Below, piece after piece: positions 19,224 through 28,460 of a DNA stretch of 64,000 nt (its first letter is position 1; each line of letters starts with the position of its first letter). The notes beneath the pieces are model-generated. The model worked only from the letters and a program-made list of their open reading frames with translations, was not told the origin of the DNA and made no database searches. The translations under genes were made by a program, and so were the position numbers. The DNA is from Polyangiales bacterium (lineage in GTDB: Bacteria > Myxococcota_A > Polyangia > Polyangiales > Ga0077539), in assembly GCA_044229975.1 (NCBI GenBank), contig JBGARZ010000014.1, forward strand, positions 158,865-222,864, in the 5' to 3' direction.

Positions 19224-19498
19224 GCCTCGATCGGAACGAATCCCTGGAGCAGCGGCTGGAGCGACTCGGTGGGGCGACGGCGGGGTTGCGTCCGCGCGGC
19301 GGGTTCAACGACCGGGTGATGCGGGCGGCGCGGGCGTCGCAGCCGGGGGTGTTCGACGCGGTGGTGCGCTCGGCGCGGGCGATGGTGCCGGTGGCGTTGA
19401 TGGCCGCGGTGCTGGCGACGGGCTGGGCGGTGCGCACCGACCGGGCGGCCGATCAGGCGTTGGCGTCGAGCTTCGACGTGATGGAGATGGAGTGGTGA
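19220..19498 (+). CDS. Putative single-TM anti-sigma factor
   Basis: ATGA-coupled to the sigma factor; GFNDRVM motif and one TM helix. Confidence 0.75.
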   Translation: MSLDRNESLEQRLERLGGATAGLRPRGGFNDRVMRAARASQPGVFDAVVRSARAMVPVALMAAVLATGWAVRTDRAADQALASSFDVMEMEW

Positions 19499-19932
19499 AC
19501 GCGCGGGTGACAGGCGCCGCGGTGCTGGCCGCGGTGTTCGCGCTCGGCGCGGTGGCTGGCGGCGGCGGGGCGTACGCGTGGCTGCGGCGCGACGAGGTGG
19601 TGGAGCGGCCGGGCATGCGCGACCCGCGGCGACTGCGGGCGCTGGAGCGCGAGCTCGACCTCACGCCGACGCAGCGCGAGCAGGTGAGGGCGATCCTCGA
19701 TCGCTCGGGCGAGCAGCGTCGGATGCTGGCGCAGCAGATGTTCGAGCGCTGTGGGGCGGAGGTGCGGGCGCAGCACGACGCGGTGTCGGCGGAGATCCGC
19801 ACGCTGCTCACGCCCGCGCAGCAGCCGCGCTTCGACGCCATCACGGCGCGCCAGCACGACCGCTTTCCCTTCGGGCTGGGTCCGCCCGGAGGCGGTCGTG
19901 GTCGCGGCCCGCGAGGACGCGAAGGCTTCTGA
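19495..19932 (+). CDS. Spy/CpxP-like periplasmic sensor/chaperone
   Basis: GTGA-coupled; N-terminal TM; LDLTPTQREQV and LLTPAQQPRF (LTxxQ motifs). Confidence 0.8.
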   Translation: MNARVTGAAVLAAVFALGAVAGGGGAYAWLRRDEVVERPGMRDPRRLRALERELDLTPTQREQVRAILDRSGEQRRMLAQQMFERCGAEVRAQHDAVSAEIRTLLTPAQQPRFDAITARQHDRFPFGLGPPGGGRGRGPRGREGF

Positions 19933-19992
19933 CGGGCCATCAACGGCCTTCCCCCGCGCGGGTCGGTCGTGGTGTCGTATGGCCCAACGACG

Positions 19993-20853
19993 ATGAGTGA
20001 ATCAGCAGTGCTCGGGGTGGTCGGTGGCAGCGGGCTCTATCAGATGCCGGGGCTCACGGAGGTCGAGTCGCTGAGCGTGACGACGCCCTTCGGCGCGCCC
20101 TCGGATGGCATCGTGCGGGGGAAGCTCGGGGGCACGTCCGTGGTGTTTCTCCCGCGGCACGGGCGGTCGCACTCCAACTCGCCGTCGACGCTCAACTACC
20201 GCGCGAACATCTACGCGCTGAAGTCCCTCGGGGTGACGCACGTGCTCTCGGTCTCCGCGGTGGGATCGCTGCGCGAGGAGATCGCGCCGGGAGACCTCGT
20301 GGTGCCCAACCAGTTCATCGACCGGACCACCTCACGGGTCGGGACCTTCTTCGATCGCGACGTCGTGGCGCACGTCTCCATGGCCGACCCGGTGTGCCCC
20401 TTCATGGCGGCGGCCGTGGCGGTGGCGGCGCAGGCCACGGGCGCGACGACGCACACGAGCAAGACGTACGTGTGCATCGAGGGGCCGCGCTTCAGCACCC
20501 GCGCGGAGAGCCGACTGTTTCGCCAGTGGGGCGCCGACGTCATCGGCATGACCAACGTGCCCGAGGCCTTCCTCGCGCGCGAGGCGGAGCTCCCGTACGC
20601 GACGCTCGCCCTGGCCACCGACTATGACTCGTGGCGCGAGCAGGACGAGGCCCACGTCGACGCCATCATCGCCGTCATGAACCAGAACATCGCCCGCGCC
20701 CGGGCCGTGGTCGCCGCGCTCGCTGCGGCGCTGCCCGACGTGTCGGCGAGCCCCGCGCAGGGGGCGCTGAAGCACGCGGTGATGACCCAATGGGCCTCGG
20801 TCTCCGACGAGGCGCGCGCCCGCTACCGGCTGCTCCTCGGCGAACGGGGCTGA
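19993..20853 (+). CDS. mtnP: S-methyl-5'-thioadenosine phosphorylase
   Basis: GVVGGSG, TPFGAPS, FLPRHG, EGPRFSTRAES, GMT..PEA.LARE, TDYD. Confidence 0.93.
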   Translation: MSESAVLGVVGGSGLYQMPGLTEVESLSVTTPFGAPSDGIVRGKLGGTSVVFLPRHGRSHSNSPSTLNYRANIYALKSLGVTHVLSVSAVGSLREEIAPGDLVVPNQFIDRTTSRVGTFFDRDVVAHVSMADPVCPFMAAAVAVAAQATGATTHTSKTYVCIEGPRFSTRAESRLFRQWGADVIGMTNVPEAFLAREAELPYATLALATDYDSWREQDEAHVDAIIAVMNQNIARARAVVAALAAALPDVSASPAQGALKHAVMTQWASVSDEARARYRLLLGERG

Positions 20854-20856
20854 GGC

Positions 20857-22266
20857 TCAGGCCGCGGGCGCAGGTGGCAGGTACAGCGTGAAGCGGCTGC
20901 CGCGATGGGCGCGGCGCTCGGCGACGATCCAGCCGCCGTGGTCGCGCGCGATGGTGTAGGCCACCGAGAGCCCGAGCCCGGTGCCTTCGCCGACGGCCTT
21001 GGTGGTGAAGAAGGGCTCGAAGACCCGCGCGAGGTCTTCCGTGGCGATGCCGGTGCCCTCGTCCTCGACGGCGATGAAGAGCCAGCGCCGCGACACCGAG
21101 GCCACCTCCGCGGGCGCCGCGACGTCGCGCTCGCCGACGGTGATGGTGAGCGCGCCTCCATCGGGCATCGCGTGGATGGCGTTGACCGTGAGGTTGGTGA
21201 GCACCTGGTGGATCTGCCCGGGGTCGACGAGCGCGGAGGTCGCGCCCTCGTCGCGGAGCTCGAAGCGCACGCCCTTCTTCTGCGCCATCGGCCCGAGCAT
21301 CGACTCGGTCTGCGCCACGACGTCGATGAGCTCGGTCGGCTGCATCGACGGGCCCTTGCGCCGCGCGAAATCGAGGAGCTGCCGGATGAGGTCGGTCATC
21401 CGTCGGGTCTGCTCGTCGATGATGCGCGCGCTCTCGACCACCTCGTCGGCGGTGTTGCCCCCGCCGATGAGAAGCCCCGCGTGGCCGAGCACCACGTTGA
21501 GGGGCGTTCCGAGCTCGTGCGCGAGGCCCGAGGCGAGCTGCCCGACGGTGCGCAGGCGGTCGGCGTGGCGGAGTTCTTCGACCGCGCGGAGGCGCGCGCG
21601 GTAGTGGGCGTCGGCGTTGTCGTGCGCCTCGGCCAGCCGGTCGCACATCGCGTTGAGCTCCTGGGCGAGCTCGGCGATCTCGTCGTCCTGTTGGAGCACG
21701 AGGGGCCCGGTGAGGTCGCCCGCCCCGACGCGGCGGGCCTTGGTGCGCAGGGCCCGCACGGGGTCGCCCACGAAGTGCGCGCCGAGCAGCGCCGTGACGA
21801 GCCCGCTGATGAGCACCGTGACGAGGCCGATGCTGCTGTTGCGAATGACGCTGACCGCGACGAACTCCCGCTGCGAGGTGGTCGACTCGCGCAGCTCGAT
21901 GACCCGGCGCCCGACGCCCGGCACCTCGAAGGGGTAGCAGCTCACGTCGTAGCCGCTGAGCTCCAGGTGGCGCTCGCGACCGTCCCAGCGCTCGCCGAGG
22001 CAGGGACCGTCGGAGCGCGCGCGGACGGCCACCGCGGCGTAGGCCGCGTCGACGTCGACGATCATCGCGTCGGCGTGGTCGGCGTCGGCGAGGCGCCACA
22101 CGTCGACCCAGGCGGCGCGCAGGGTGCGGCCGACGAAGTCGTGGTCGCGGCGGGTGTCCTCGCGAAACCGCGCGCGCTCGCGGGTGATGCGAAACACGGT
22201 GTTCACCATCGTGACCAGGGTGATGGTGAGGAAGATGCCGAGGATGAGCTTGCGGGTGACCTTCAT
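20857..22266 (-). CDS. Sensor histidine kinase (2 TM, HAMP, HisKA, HATPase)
   Basis: AHELGTPL, NLTVNAIHA, DEGTG, FEPFFTTK, GTGLGL; no cognate response regulator adjacent. Confidence 0.93.
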   Translation of the reverse strand: MKVTRKLILGIFLTITLVTMVNTVFRITRERARFREDTRRDHDFVGRTLRAAWVDVWRLADADHADAMIVDVDAAYAAVAVRARSDGPCLGERWDGRERHLELSGYDVSCYPFEVPGVGRRVIELRESTTSQREFVAVSVIRNSSIGLVTVLISGLVTALLGAHFVGDPVRALRTKARRVGAGDLTGPLVLQQDDEIAELAQELNAMCDRLAEAHDNADAHYRARLRAVEELRHADRLRTVGQLASGLAHELGTPLNVVLGHAGLLIGGGNTADEVVESARIIDEQTRRMTDLIRQLLDFARRKGPSMQPTELIDVVAQTESMLGPMAQKKGVRFELRDEGATSALVDPGQIHQVLTNLTVNAIHAMPDGGALTITVGERDVAAPAEVASVSRRWLFIAVEDEGTGIATEDLARVFEPFFTTKAVGEGTGLGLSVAYTIARDHGGWIVAERRAHRGSRFTLYLPPAPAA

Positions 22267-22287
22267 GGCCGTCGGCCGCGGCGCCGC

Positions 22288-23118
22288 TCAGCGGAAGATT
22301 CCGCGCCGCTCCTTGAGCCCGCGGTTGAGCATGCTCTGGACGGTGCGCTTCACGTCGAGCGCGCGCTCCTCGACGCCGGCGTCGTCGTCGTCGGGGTCGC
22401 CCGTGAACGCCATCGGCTCGCCGAAGTAGATGTGGTACTTCGTCGGCAGCGGCAGGAAGCCTCCGGGCAGCAGGAGCTGCGGGAGCACCGGAAAGGCGGG
22501 CATTCCGAAGAGCTTCGCGAGGGTGCTCAGGTCGGCGAGGGAGACGTACTGCTCCTCGGCGCCGATGACCGCCACCGGGACGATGGGCGTGTGCGTCTGG
22601 AGCGCGAGGCGCATGAAGCCGGTGCCAAACTCGGTGAGGCGGTAGCGCTCCGAGAAGGGCTTGGAGATGCCGCGGCTGCCCTCGGGGAAGACCAGGATGG
22701 CCTCTTCTTCCTCCAACAGCCGGGCGCAGTTTTCGGGCACGCCGACGATCTGCCCGAGGCGAGGGAAGAGCACCGAGACGAAGGGCAGCGTGGCGCTCCA
22801 GCGCTCGACCATGCTGCGCACGAAGCGCGGGGGGTCGCGGTCGAGCAGCAGCGAGCAGGCGATGGCCATGCCGTCGAGCGGAACCTGCCCCGAGTGGTTG
22901 CTGATGAGCAGCACGCGCCCGTCGGGGACGTTCTCCATGCCGTGCACCTCGACGCGAAACCAGTCGCGGTAGAGGGCCTGCGCCACGAGCACGCCGTAGC
23001 GGGCGACCTTCGGGTCGAAGCCGAAGGGGTCGACGCCGGCGGCCGTCTCGTGCCACGCGATCTGCTCGAAGCGGCGCCGGGTGTCGTCGCCGAGCCAGCG
23101 GTCGACGGTGTCGTCCAT
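22288..23118 (-). CDS. Lysophospholipid acyltransferase (PlsC/LPLAT family)
   Basis: NHSGQVPLD, VFPEG, PIVPVAVIG; start uncertain. Confidence 0.88.
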   Translation of the reverse strand: MDDTVDRWLGDDTRRRFEQIAWHETAAGVDPFGFDPKVARYGVLVAQALYRDWFRVEVHGMENVPDGRVLLISNHSGQVPLDGMAIACSLLLDRDPPRFVRSMVERWSATLPFVSVLFPRLGQIVGVPENCARLLEEEEAILVFPEGSRGISKPFSERYRLTEFGTGFMRLALQTHTPIVPVAVIGAEEQYVSLADLSTLAKLFGMPAFPVLPQLLLPGGFLPLPTKYHIYFGEPMAFTGDPDDDDAGVEERALDVKRTVQSMLNRGLKERRGIFR

Positions 23119-23379
23119 GCGCTTGCGGACGGCCTCGCGCGTCCGCTCGACGAGCCGTAGCGGGCTGAGGTTGCGGGCGCTGGCCCAACCCGGTGCGTAG
23201 CGTCTCACGGCGCGACGGTGATACCCGCGGTGACACCCCCACGACAAGCTCCTGCGCAATGCCTGGAGTTGAAGCCGTCCGGGGAGGTGCGATCTGCTCC
23301 GCGCGGTGTTCCGGATCAACCTTGCGACGGCCACGCTGCCCGCCGATCGCGAGACGGTCATCACCGGGATGACGCCGAC

Positions 23380-23801
23380 GTACGGCTCGGGCGCACCTCG
23401 ATGACGGTCACGCTCGCTGATCCGACCGCGACGGTGATTCCCGCCGGGGTCTTCGGGCTCGACAACCGCACCGTGCGACTCCCGGCGCGCGCCAGCAACC
23501 ACCGCGCGACGATGTCCTGCCGCCCCCACCGCACCATGAACGTCTTCGCGGTGCTCGGGCACATGCACAAGTACGGCTCGCGGGAGGTTCCGGCGTTGCG
23601 GCTGGTTGCGCCGGGTGACCTTGCGGCGAGCTGGCTGATGATCAAGCTCGATGGGACCATGTCGCAGCGCGCCAAGTGCCGCGCCGACCCCCGGATGTGC
23701 GGCGTCTCGATGCCCCAGGGGATCCCCATCCTGAGCCGCGGCGCGCGTGACCTCGTCCGCACTGGATCAGCATGGGCGCTCCCGGTCCGCGCGACCTTTG
23801 A
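23380..23801 (+). pseudogene. Chimeric relic: Cu-monooxygenase-like C-terminal fragment joined to a cytochrome-c-like C-terminal fragment
   Basis: VFAVLGHMHKYG followed directly by LVAPGDLAASWLMIKL...CGVSMP...LVR, then a frameshift to WISMGAP...TGA 23799-23801; no credible start. Confidence 0.55.
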
Positions 23802-23805
23802 CGGG

Positions 23806-24879
23806 TCAGCGACGCCGCGCGCGACGCCGCGCGAGCCCGACCAACGCCAGCGCCATCAGCCACCCCTTGGACGTCTCGTTGCGCGTCGGCAGCGTGCGAC
23901 ACCCGCAGCCCGGCTCTTCGGTCGGTGGCGCGGCGGTGCCCGCATCGACAACCTCTTCGCCCGCATCGACGTCGACCTCGCTGCCGACATCGACGGGCTC
24001 GGGTCGATCGGGCGCGCCCACGTCCACGGTCACGTCGCGCGCGACGGGGGCATCCACTCCGACGTCGCGTGGTGCGTCGACGCCGAGGTCGCGTGGGACG
24101 TCGCGGACGATGTCCGTGGGGATGTCTCCTGGGACATCGCGCGGGATGTCGATGGGGACGTCCCTCGGTACATCGATGGGCGTCCCCGCGTCGCGCGGCG
24201 GACCCGCGTCGGGGTCGGTCACGCTCAAGAGACGTTGGTATGCCTCGATGAGCGCGCCGTAGGTCGGGGCGTAGACGGTTCCGAAGCCGGTGACGGCGCG
24301 GTTGAGGTTGAAGTGCAGGTGGATGGTGGTGGCCGTCCCGCCGAAGTTGTTGGAGACGCGGCCGATGCGGTCGCCGCGCACCACGCGGGCGCCCACCGCG
24401 ACCTGCACGCTGCGCATGTGGAGGTAGTCGTAGCGGGTGCCGTCGTCGCCGGTGAGATAGACGGAGTACGAGCCCACGTTGGTGATGCGCCCCGTCGCCG
24501 CCGCAACCACCCAATGAACGTTGTCCATGCAGTTGGCCGCGCGGATGTCCTGCCCCTGATGGCCCATCCCTGAGGGGCACATCGGCATGTCCCACTCGCG
24601 GCTCTCGCAGTAGTTGTCACGCCAGGGGTAGGAGCGGTTGCGGGCGTCGCACTGCGATCCGCTGGGCCCCTGGCTTCCGCCGACGCCCCACACCTGGGAG
24701 TTGGCGTACGCGGGGGCGCTCTCGATGGGGAAGCGCATGCCCGGCGCGTAGCTGGTCATGTCGGGTCGGCCGCGTCCGCTGCCGGTGACGAGCTCGCCCG
24801 CGGGGCGATAGGTGAACTGCGCCTGCGCCGCGGGGGCGCACAGCACAACGGCGAGGGCGGCGACGGTCGCGCGCGTCAC
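23806..24879 (-). CDS. M23-family metallopeptidase with Asp-rich stalk and MYXO-CTERM anchor
   Basis: Signal peptide; HQGQD, YLHM, HLHF; tail GCGC...WLMALALVGLARRRARRR; GTGA-coupled. Confidence 0.9.
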   Translation of the reverse strand: MTRATVAALAVVLCAPAAQAQFTYRPAGELVTGSGRGRPDMTSYAPGMRFPIESAPAYANSQVWGVGGSQGPSGSQCDARNRSYPWRDNYCESREWDMPMCPSGMGHQGQDIRAANCMDNVHWVVAAATGRITNVGSYSVYLTGDDGTRYDYLHMRSVQVAVGARVVRGDRIGRVSNNFGGTATTIHLHFNLNRAVTGFGTVYAPTYGALIEAYQRLLSVTDPDAGPPRDAGTPIDVPRDVPIDIPRDVPGDIPTDIVRDVPRDLGVDAPRDVGVDAPVARDVTVDVGAPDRPEPVDVGSEVDVDAGEEVVDAGTAAPPTEEPGCGCRTLPTRNETSKGWLMALALVGLARRRARRR

Positions 24880-25427
24880 GGGCGCACCTCGACGAGCGAC
24901 TCGGCGAGCGCGCGGAGGTAGTCCTCCTGCACGCAGCGGGCGTCGAGGTCGGGGCGGTTGCTGCACTCGACGTCGAGCGACCAGGCGACGCCGCGCTCTT
25001 CCCAGGTGGCGACGCGGATGAGCTCGTTGCGGGACACGGTGGCCGGGAGCCCGCGCAGGGTGCCGGTGTGTCGGAGGGTCACGCCGGGCGGCGGCGGTTG
25101 GAGGTTGGCGTTGCCGTGGATGGCGATGGTGAGGTCGGCCAGCGCGATGGACGCGGCGACCCAGCGCGGACCCGACGTGACCACGGCGACGGCGACCATG
25201 CGCTCGTCGCGCGGCAGCAGCAGGGGAACGGTCGACGTGTCGAGCTCGCGACGTGACTCGGGGCGCAGGAGGTCACGCAGGCGCCGCGGGTCGACGGTGG
25301 TCGGCGTGGTGGGCGATGGGGCGACGACGGTGGGCGGCGTGGCGGGCGGCGACGACGTGGGCGCGTCGCGACGACACGCGAGCAGGAGCAACGGGAACAG
25401 CGAGAGGGACAGGCGCACGGGGCTCAC
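24876..25427 (-). CDS. Lipoprotein translationally coupled to the M23 peptidase
   Basis: Lipobox LLAC, Pro/Thr linker, VPLLLP...SLDVEC...ARC; GTGA overlaps at both ends. Confidence 0.8.
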   Translation of the reverse strand: MSPVRLSLSLFPLLLLACRRDAPTSSPPATPPTVVAPSPTTPTTVDPRRLRDLLRPESRRELDTSTVPLLLPRDERMVAVAVVTSGPRWVAASIALADLTIAIHGNANLQPPPPGVTLRHTGTLRGLPATVSRNELIRVATWEERGVAWSLDVECSNRPDLDARCVQEDYLRALAESLVEVRP

Positions 25428-27223
25428 GCCTTCTCGGCGTACATCGCCTCGATGGCGTCGTTCCAGACCTTGTAGACGATGGCGCGCTTGATCTTCAGCG
25501 TCGGCGTCAGCTCGCCGTGCTCGATGTCGAGCGGGCGCGGCAACACGGTGAAGCGCTTGATGGTCTCCACCCGCGCCAGCCGCGAGTTGGTGTCGTCCAC
25601 CGCCTTCTGCAGCTCCGCTCGCACCGCGTCGTCCGTGTGCGCGGTCTTCGCCAGCGCGTCGGCGTCCTTGCCGTTGGCCTGCGCCCAGCGCGCGAGACCC
25701 TCGGCCCGCAGCACCACCAGCGCCGTGAGGTACGGGCGCCGATCGCCGATGACCACGACTTCTCCGATGAGGTCGTGGCGCTTCAGGTCTTCCTCGATGT
25801 TCTTCGGGGTGATGTTCTTGCCGCCGGAGGTGATGAGGATCTCCTTCTTGCGGCCGGTGATGCTCAGGTAGCCGTCGGCGTCGAGCTTGCCCAGGTCGCC
25901 CGAGCACAGCCATCCGTCCTTCAGCGTCGCCGCCGTCGCCTCGGGGTCTTTGAAGTACCCCATGAAGACGTTGGGGCCCTTCACGAGAATCTCGTCGTCC
26001 TCGGCGATCTTCACCGTCACGCCGGTGATGGCCTTGCCCACCGTTCCGAAGCGCGTGCTCCCCGGCATGTTGAACGACGTCGGCCCCGTGTCCTCGCTCT
26101 GTCCGTAGACCTCGCGCACCGGCAGGTCGAGCGACGTGAAGAACTCCAGCACCTCCCTTCCGACAGGCGCCGCGCCGCTCACGCAGATGGTCGCGCGGTT
26201 CAAGCCCAGCACCTTCTTCAGCTTCGAGTAGACCAGCTTGTCCGCCAGCCGATATTGCAGCTCCAGCAAGCCCGGCAGCGCCTCACCCCGATCGCGTCGG
26301 GCGTGCACCTCGGTCGCCACGCCGCGCGCCCACTTCGCGATGGCCGCCTTCGCGCCGGTGGCCTCCTTCAGCTTGCCGTCCACGCCCGCGTAGAACTTCT
26401 CCCACACCCGCGGGACCCCGAAGAACACATCCGGCTGCGCGTCGACGAGGTTGTCCTTCAGCTTCTCGATGCTCTCGGCGAAGTAGATGGTGATGCCGAT
26501 GGTGATGGCCCCGTGGATGGAGAACATCTGCTCGGCGATGTGCGACAGCGGCAGGTACGACAGCATCACCTGGCCCGCCTTGCCGTCGACCAGCTTGGCG
26601 GCGGCGGTGGCCGTCCACGCGATGTTCTCGTGCGAGAGCATCACGCCCTTCGGCGGCCCGGTGGTGCCCGACGTGTAGATGAGCGTCGAGAGCCCCGTCG
26701 GCTCGATGGCCTCCACCCGTCGCTCGACCTCGGCGTCTTCGGTCGCCATGCCCGACTCCGCGAAGGCCTCCCAGGTCATCACCATCGCGTCGTCGGCCGG
26801 GGCCGCGGTGCCCTTCATCAGCACGATGCGCTTGAGCGCCGGGAGGCGGTCGCGGACCTTCAACACCTTGTCGAGCTGCGCGGCGTTTTCGACGAGCGCC
26901 ACGAGGCACTCGGCGTGCGCGAGGATGTACTGCACCTCGTCGGCCGAGCACGTCGTGTAGATGCCCGCGGGGGCGCCGCCGGTGAGCAGCGTGGCGGTGG
27001 CCATCGACACCCACTCGGGGCGGTTGGTGCCGAGGATGCCGACGGTCTTGCCGGGACCGACGCCTTCGCCGATGAGCGCGCGAGCGACGCGACGGGTCTC
27101 CGAGACGTGGTCGCGCCAGCGGGTCGCCCTCCACGCGCCGTCGACCTTCACGAAGTACGCATTGCCCTCCGGGCGCTGCTTCGCCTGGGCCAGAAACCTT
27201 GCCGGAATGGAGTCGTATCCCAT
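25424..27223 (-). CDS. fadD: Long-chain fatty-acid--CoA ligase
   Basis: YTSGTTGPPKG, YLPLSHIAE, EVYGQSE, SGDLG, ITGRKKE, TPTLKIKR. Confidence 0.92.
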   Translation of the reverse strand: MGYDSIPARFLAQAKQRPEGNAYFVKVDGAWRATRWRDHVSETRRVARALIGEGVGPGKTVGILGTNRPEWVSMATATLLTGGAPAGIYTTCSADEVQYILAHAECLVALVENAAQLDKVLKVRDRLPALKRIVLMKGTAAPADDAMVMTWEAFAESGMATEDAEVERRVEAIEPTGLSTLIYTSGTTGPPKGVMLSHENIAWTATAAAKLVDGKAGQVMLSYLPLSHIAEQMFSIHGAITIGITIYFAESIEKLKDNLVDAQPDVFFGVPRVWEKFYAGVDGKLKEATGAKAAIAKWARGVATEVHARRDRGEALPGLLELQYRLADKLVYSKLKKVLGLNRATICVSGAAPVGREVLEFFTSLDLPVREVYGQSEDTGPTSFNMPGSTRFGTVGKAITGVTVKIAEDDEILVKGPNVFMGYFKDPEATAATLKDGWLCSGDLGKLDADGYLSITGRKKEILITSGGKNITPKNIEEDLKRHDLIGEVVVIGDRRPYLTALVVLRAEGLARWAQANGKDADALAKTAHTDDAVRAELQKAVDDTNSRLARVETIKRFTVLPRPLDIEHGELTPTLKIKRAIVYKVWNDAIEAMYAEKA

Positions 27224-27429
27224 CGGTCGAATACCCCGTGTGGCGTCAGTCCGCGCGCGAAGTGCCCCGCGGCGGCCGAACGGTCGAAGACGGCACCGCA
27301 AGTGTCAAGAGCGAACGTCGGCGGGTTGGCGCGCTACGGGGTGCAGTCGGTCGCGAAGACGACGCCCGCGGTGCCGCCCGCGCTACCGTTCGCGGGACAC
27401 TCGAAGCCGGCCGGGGCGACGGGGCAGTT

Positions 27430-27620
27430 CTGCGTGCCGTCGACACGCCCGGCAAGGTCGACGCGCTGCGCCTCGGCGCCGACGACTACATGACCAGGCC
27501 CTTCTGGCCGGAAGATCTCCTCGAACGCGTCCGCGCCCGCCTCCGCCGCCCGGCGCTGCGCCGCGGGGCCGCCATCGAGGTGGGCGCGCTGCGTGTCCAT
27601 CTGGAGGCCCGCGGGGTGAC
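27430..27620 (+). pseudogene. Internal fragment of an OmpR-family response regulator
   Basis: KVDALRLGADDYMTRPFWPEDLLERVRARLRR...IEVGALRVHLEAR; no N-terminal receiver acidic pocket and no winged helix. Confidence 0.7.
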
Positions 27621-27716
27621 CGGCTTGGCCCGCTGGTGGCGCGCGTGCGGCGGCTCACGGCGGCGCCGTCCCGTCGGTGATTGACGACAAGCGCGCGACC
27701 CTGTGCAATCCGGTCG

Positions 27717-28460
27717 GTGTCCCAAGGTGCGTCCGACGTGGTGGTGGAGGCGCGCGGGCTTACCAAGCGCTTCGGCGATCGGGTCGCCCTCGACGGCCTC
27801 GACCTCGCTCTCACGCGCGGCGAGATCTTCGGTCTGCTCGGACCCAACGGCGCGGGCAAGAGCACGACGCTCAACCTCTTCATGGGCTTCCTCCAGCCCA
27901 CGGCCGGGACGGCGCGCGTGGCGGGCATCGATTGCTCCCACGACCCCAGGTCCGTCATGCGCCTCGTGGGGCACCTCCCCGAGGAGCCCGCGCTCTTCGA
28001 GAACCTCACCGGCCGCGAGCTCATCTCCTTCGTTCTCACCATGCGTGGCGAGGACATCCCGTCGCGCTGGTCGGAGGTCGACACCTGCGCCGAGCGTCTG
28101 GGCTTCCATCAAGACCTCGATCAGCTCGTGGCGGGCTACTCCATGGGCATGCGCAAGAAGCTCGCGCTGGTCACGGCGCTCGCCCACGACCCGGCGGTGC
28201 TGCTGCTCGACGAGCCCACCAACGGCCTCGACCCGGTGGTCGCCCGCGAGGTGCGCGCCCTGCTCGAAGAGCGCGCCGCGCGAGGCGTGACGGTGGTGCT
28301 CTCGACGCACCTGCTCGACGTGGCGCAGCGGGTCTGCCATCGCCTCGGGGTCATCGTGAAGGGGCGCCTGCAAGCCGTCGGTGACGCCGCCGAGGTGTGC
28401 GCGCAGGCGGGCGGCGCGGAGACGCTGGAGGGGGCGTTCATGGCGTTGACGGCGCGATGA
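27717..28460 (+). CDS. ABC transporter ATP-binding protein
   Basis: GPNGAGKS, YSMGMRKK, LLLDEP, STH. Confidence 0.93.
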   Translation: MSQGASDVVVEARGLTKRFGDRVALDGLDLALTRGEIFGLLGPNGAGKSTTLNLFMGFLQPTAGTARVAGIDCSHDPRSVMRLVGHLPEEPALFENLTGRELISFVLTMRGEDIPSRWSEVDTCAERLGFHQDLDQLVAGYSMGMRKKLALVTALAHDPAVLLLDEPTNGLDPVVAREVRALLEERAARGVTVVLSTHLLDVAQRVCHRLGVIVKGRLQAVGDAAEVCAQAGGAETLEGAFMALTAR

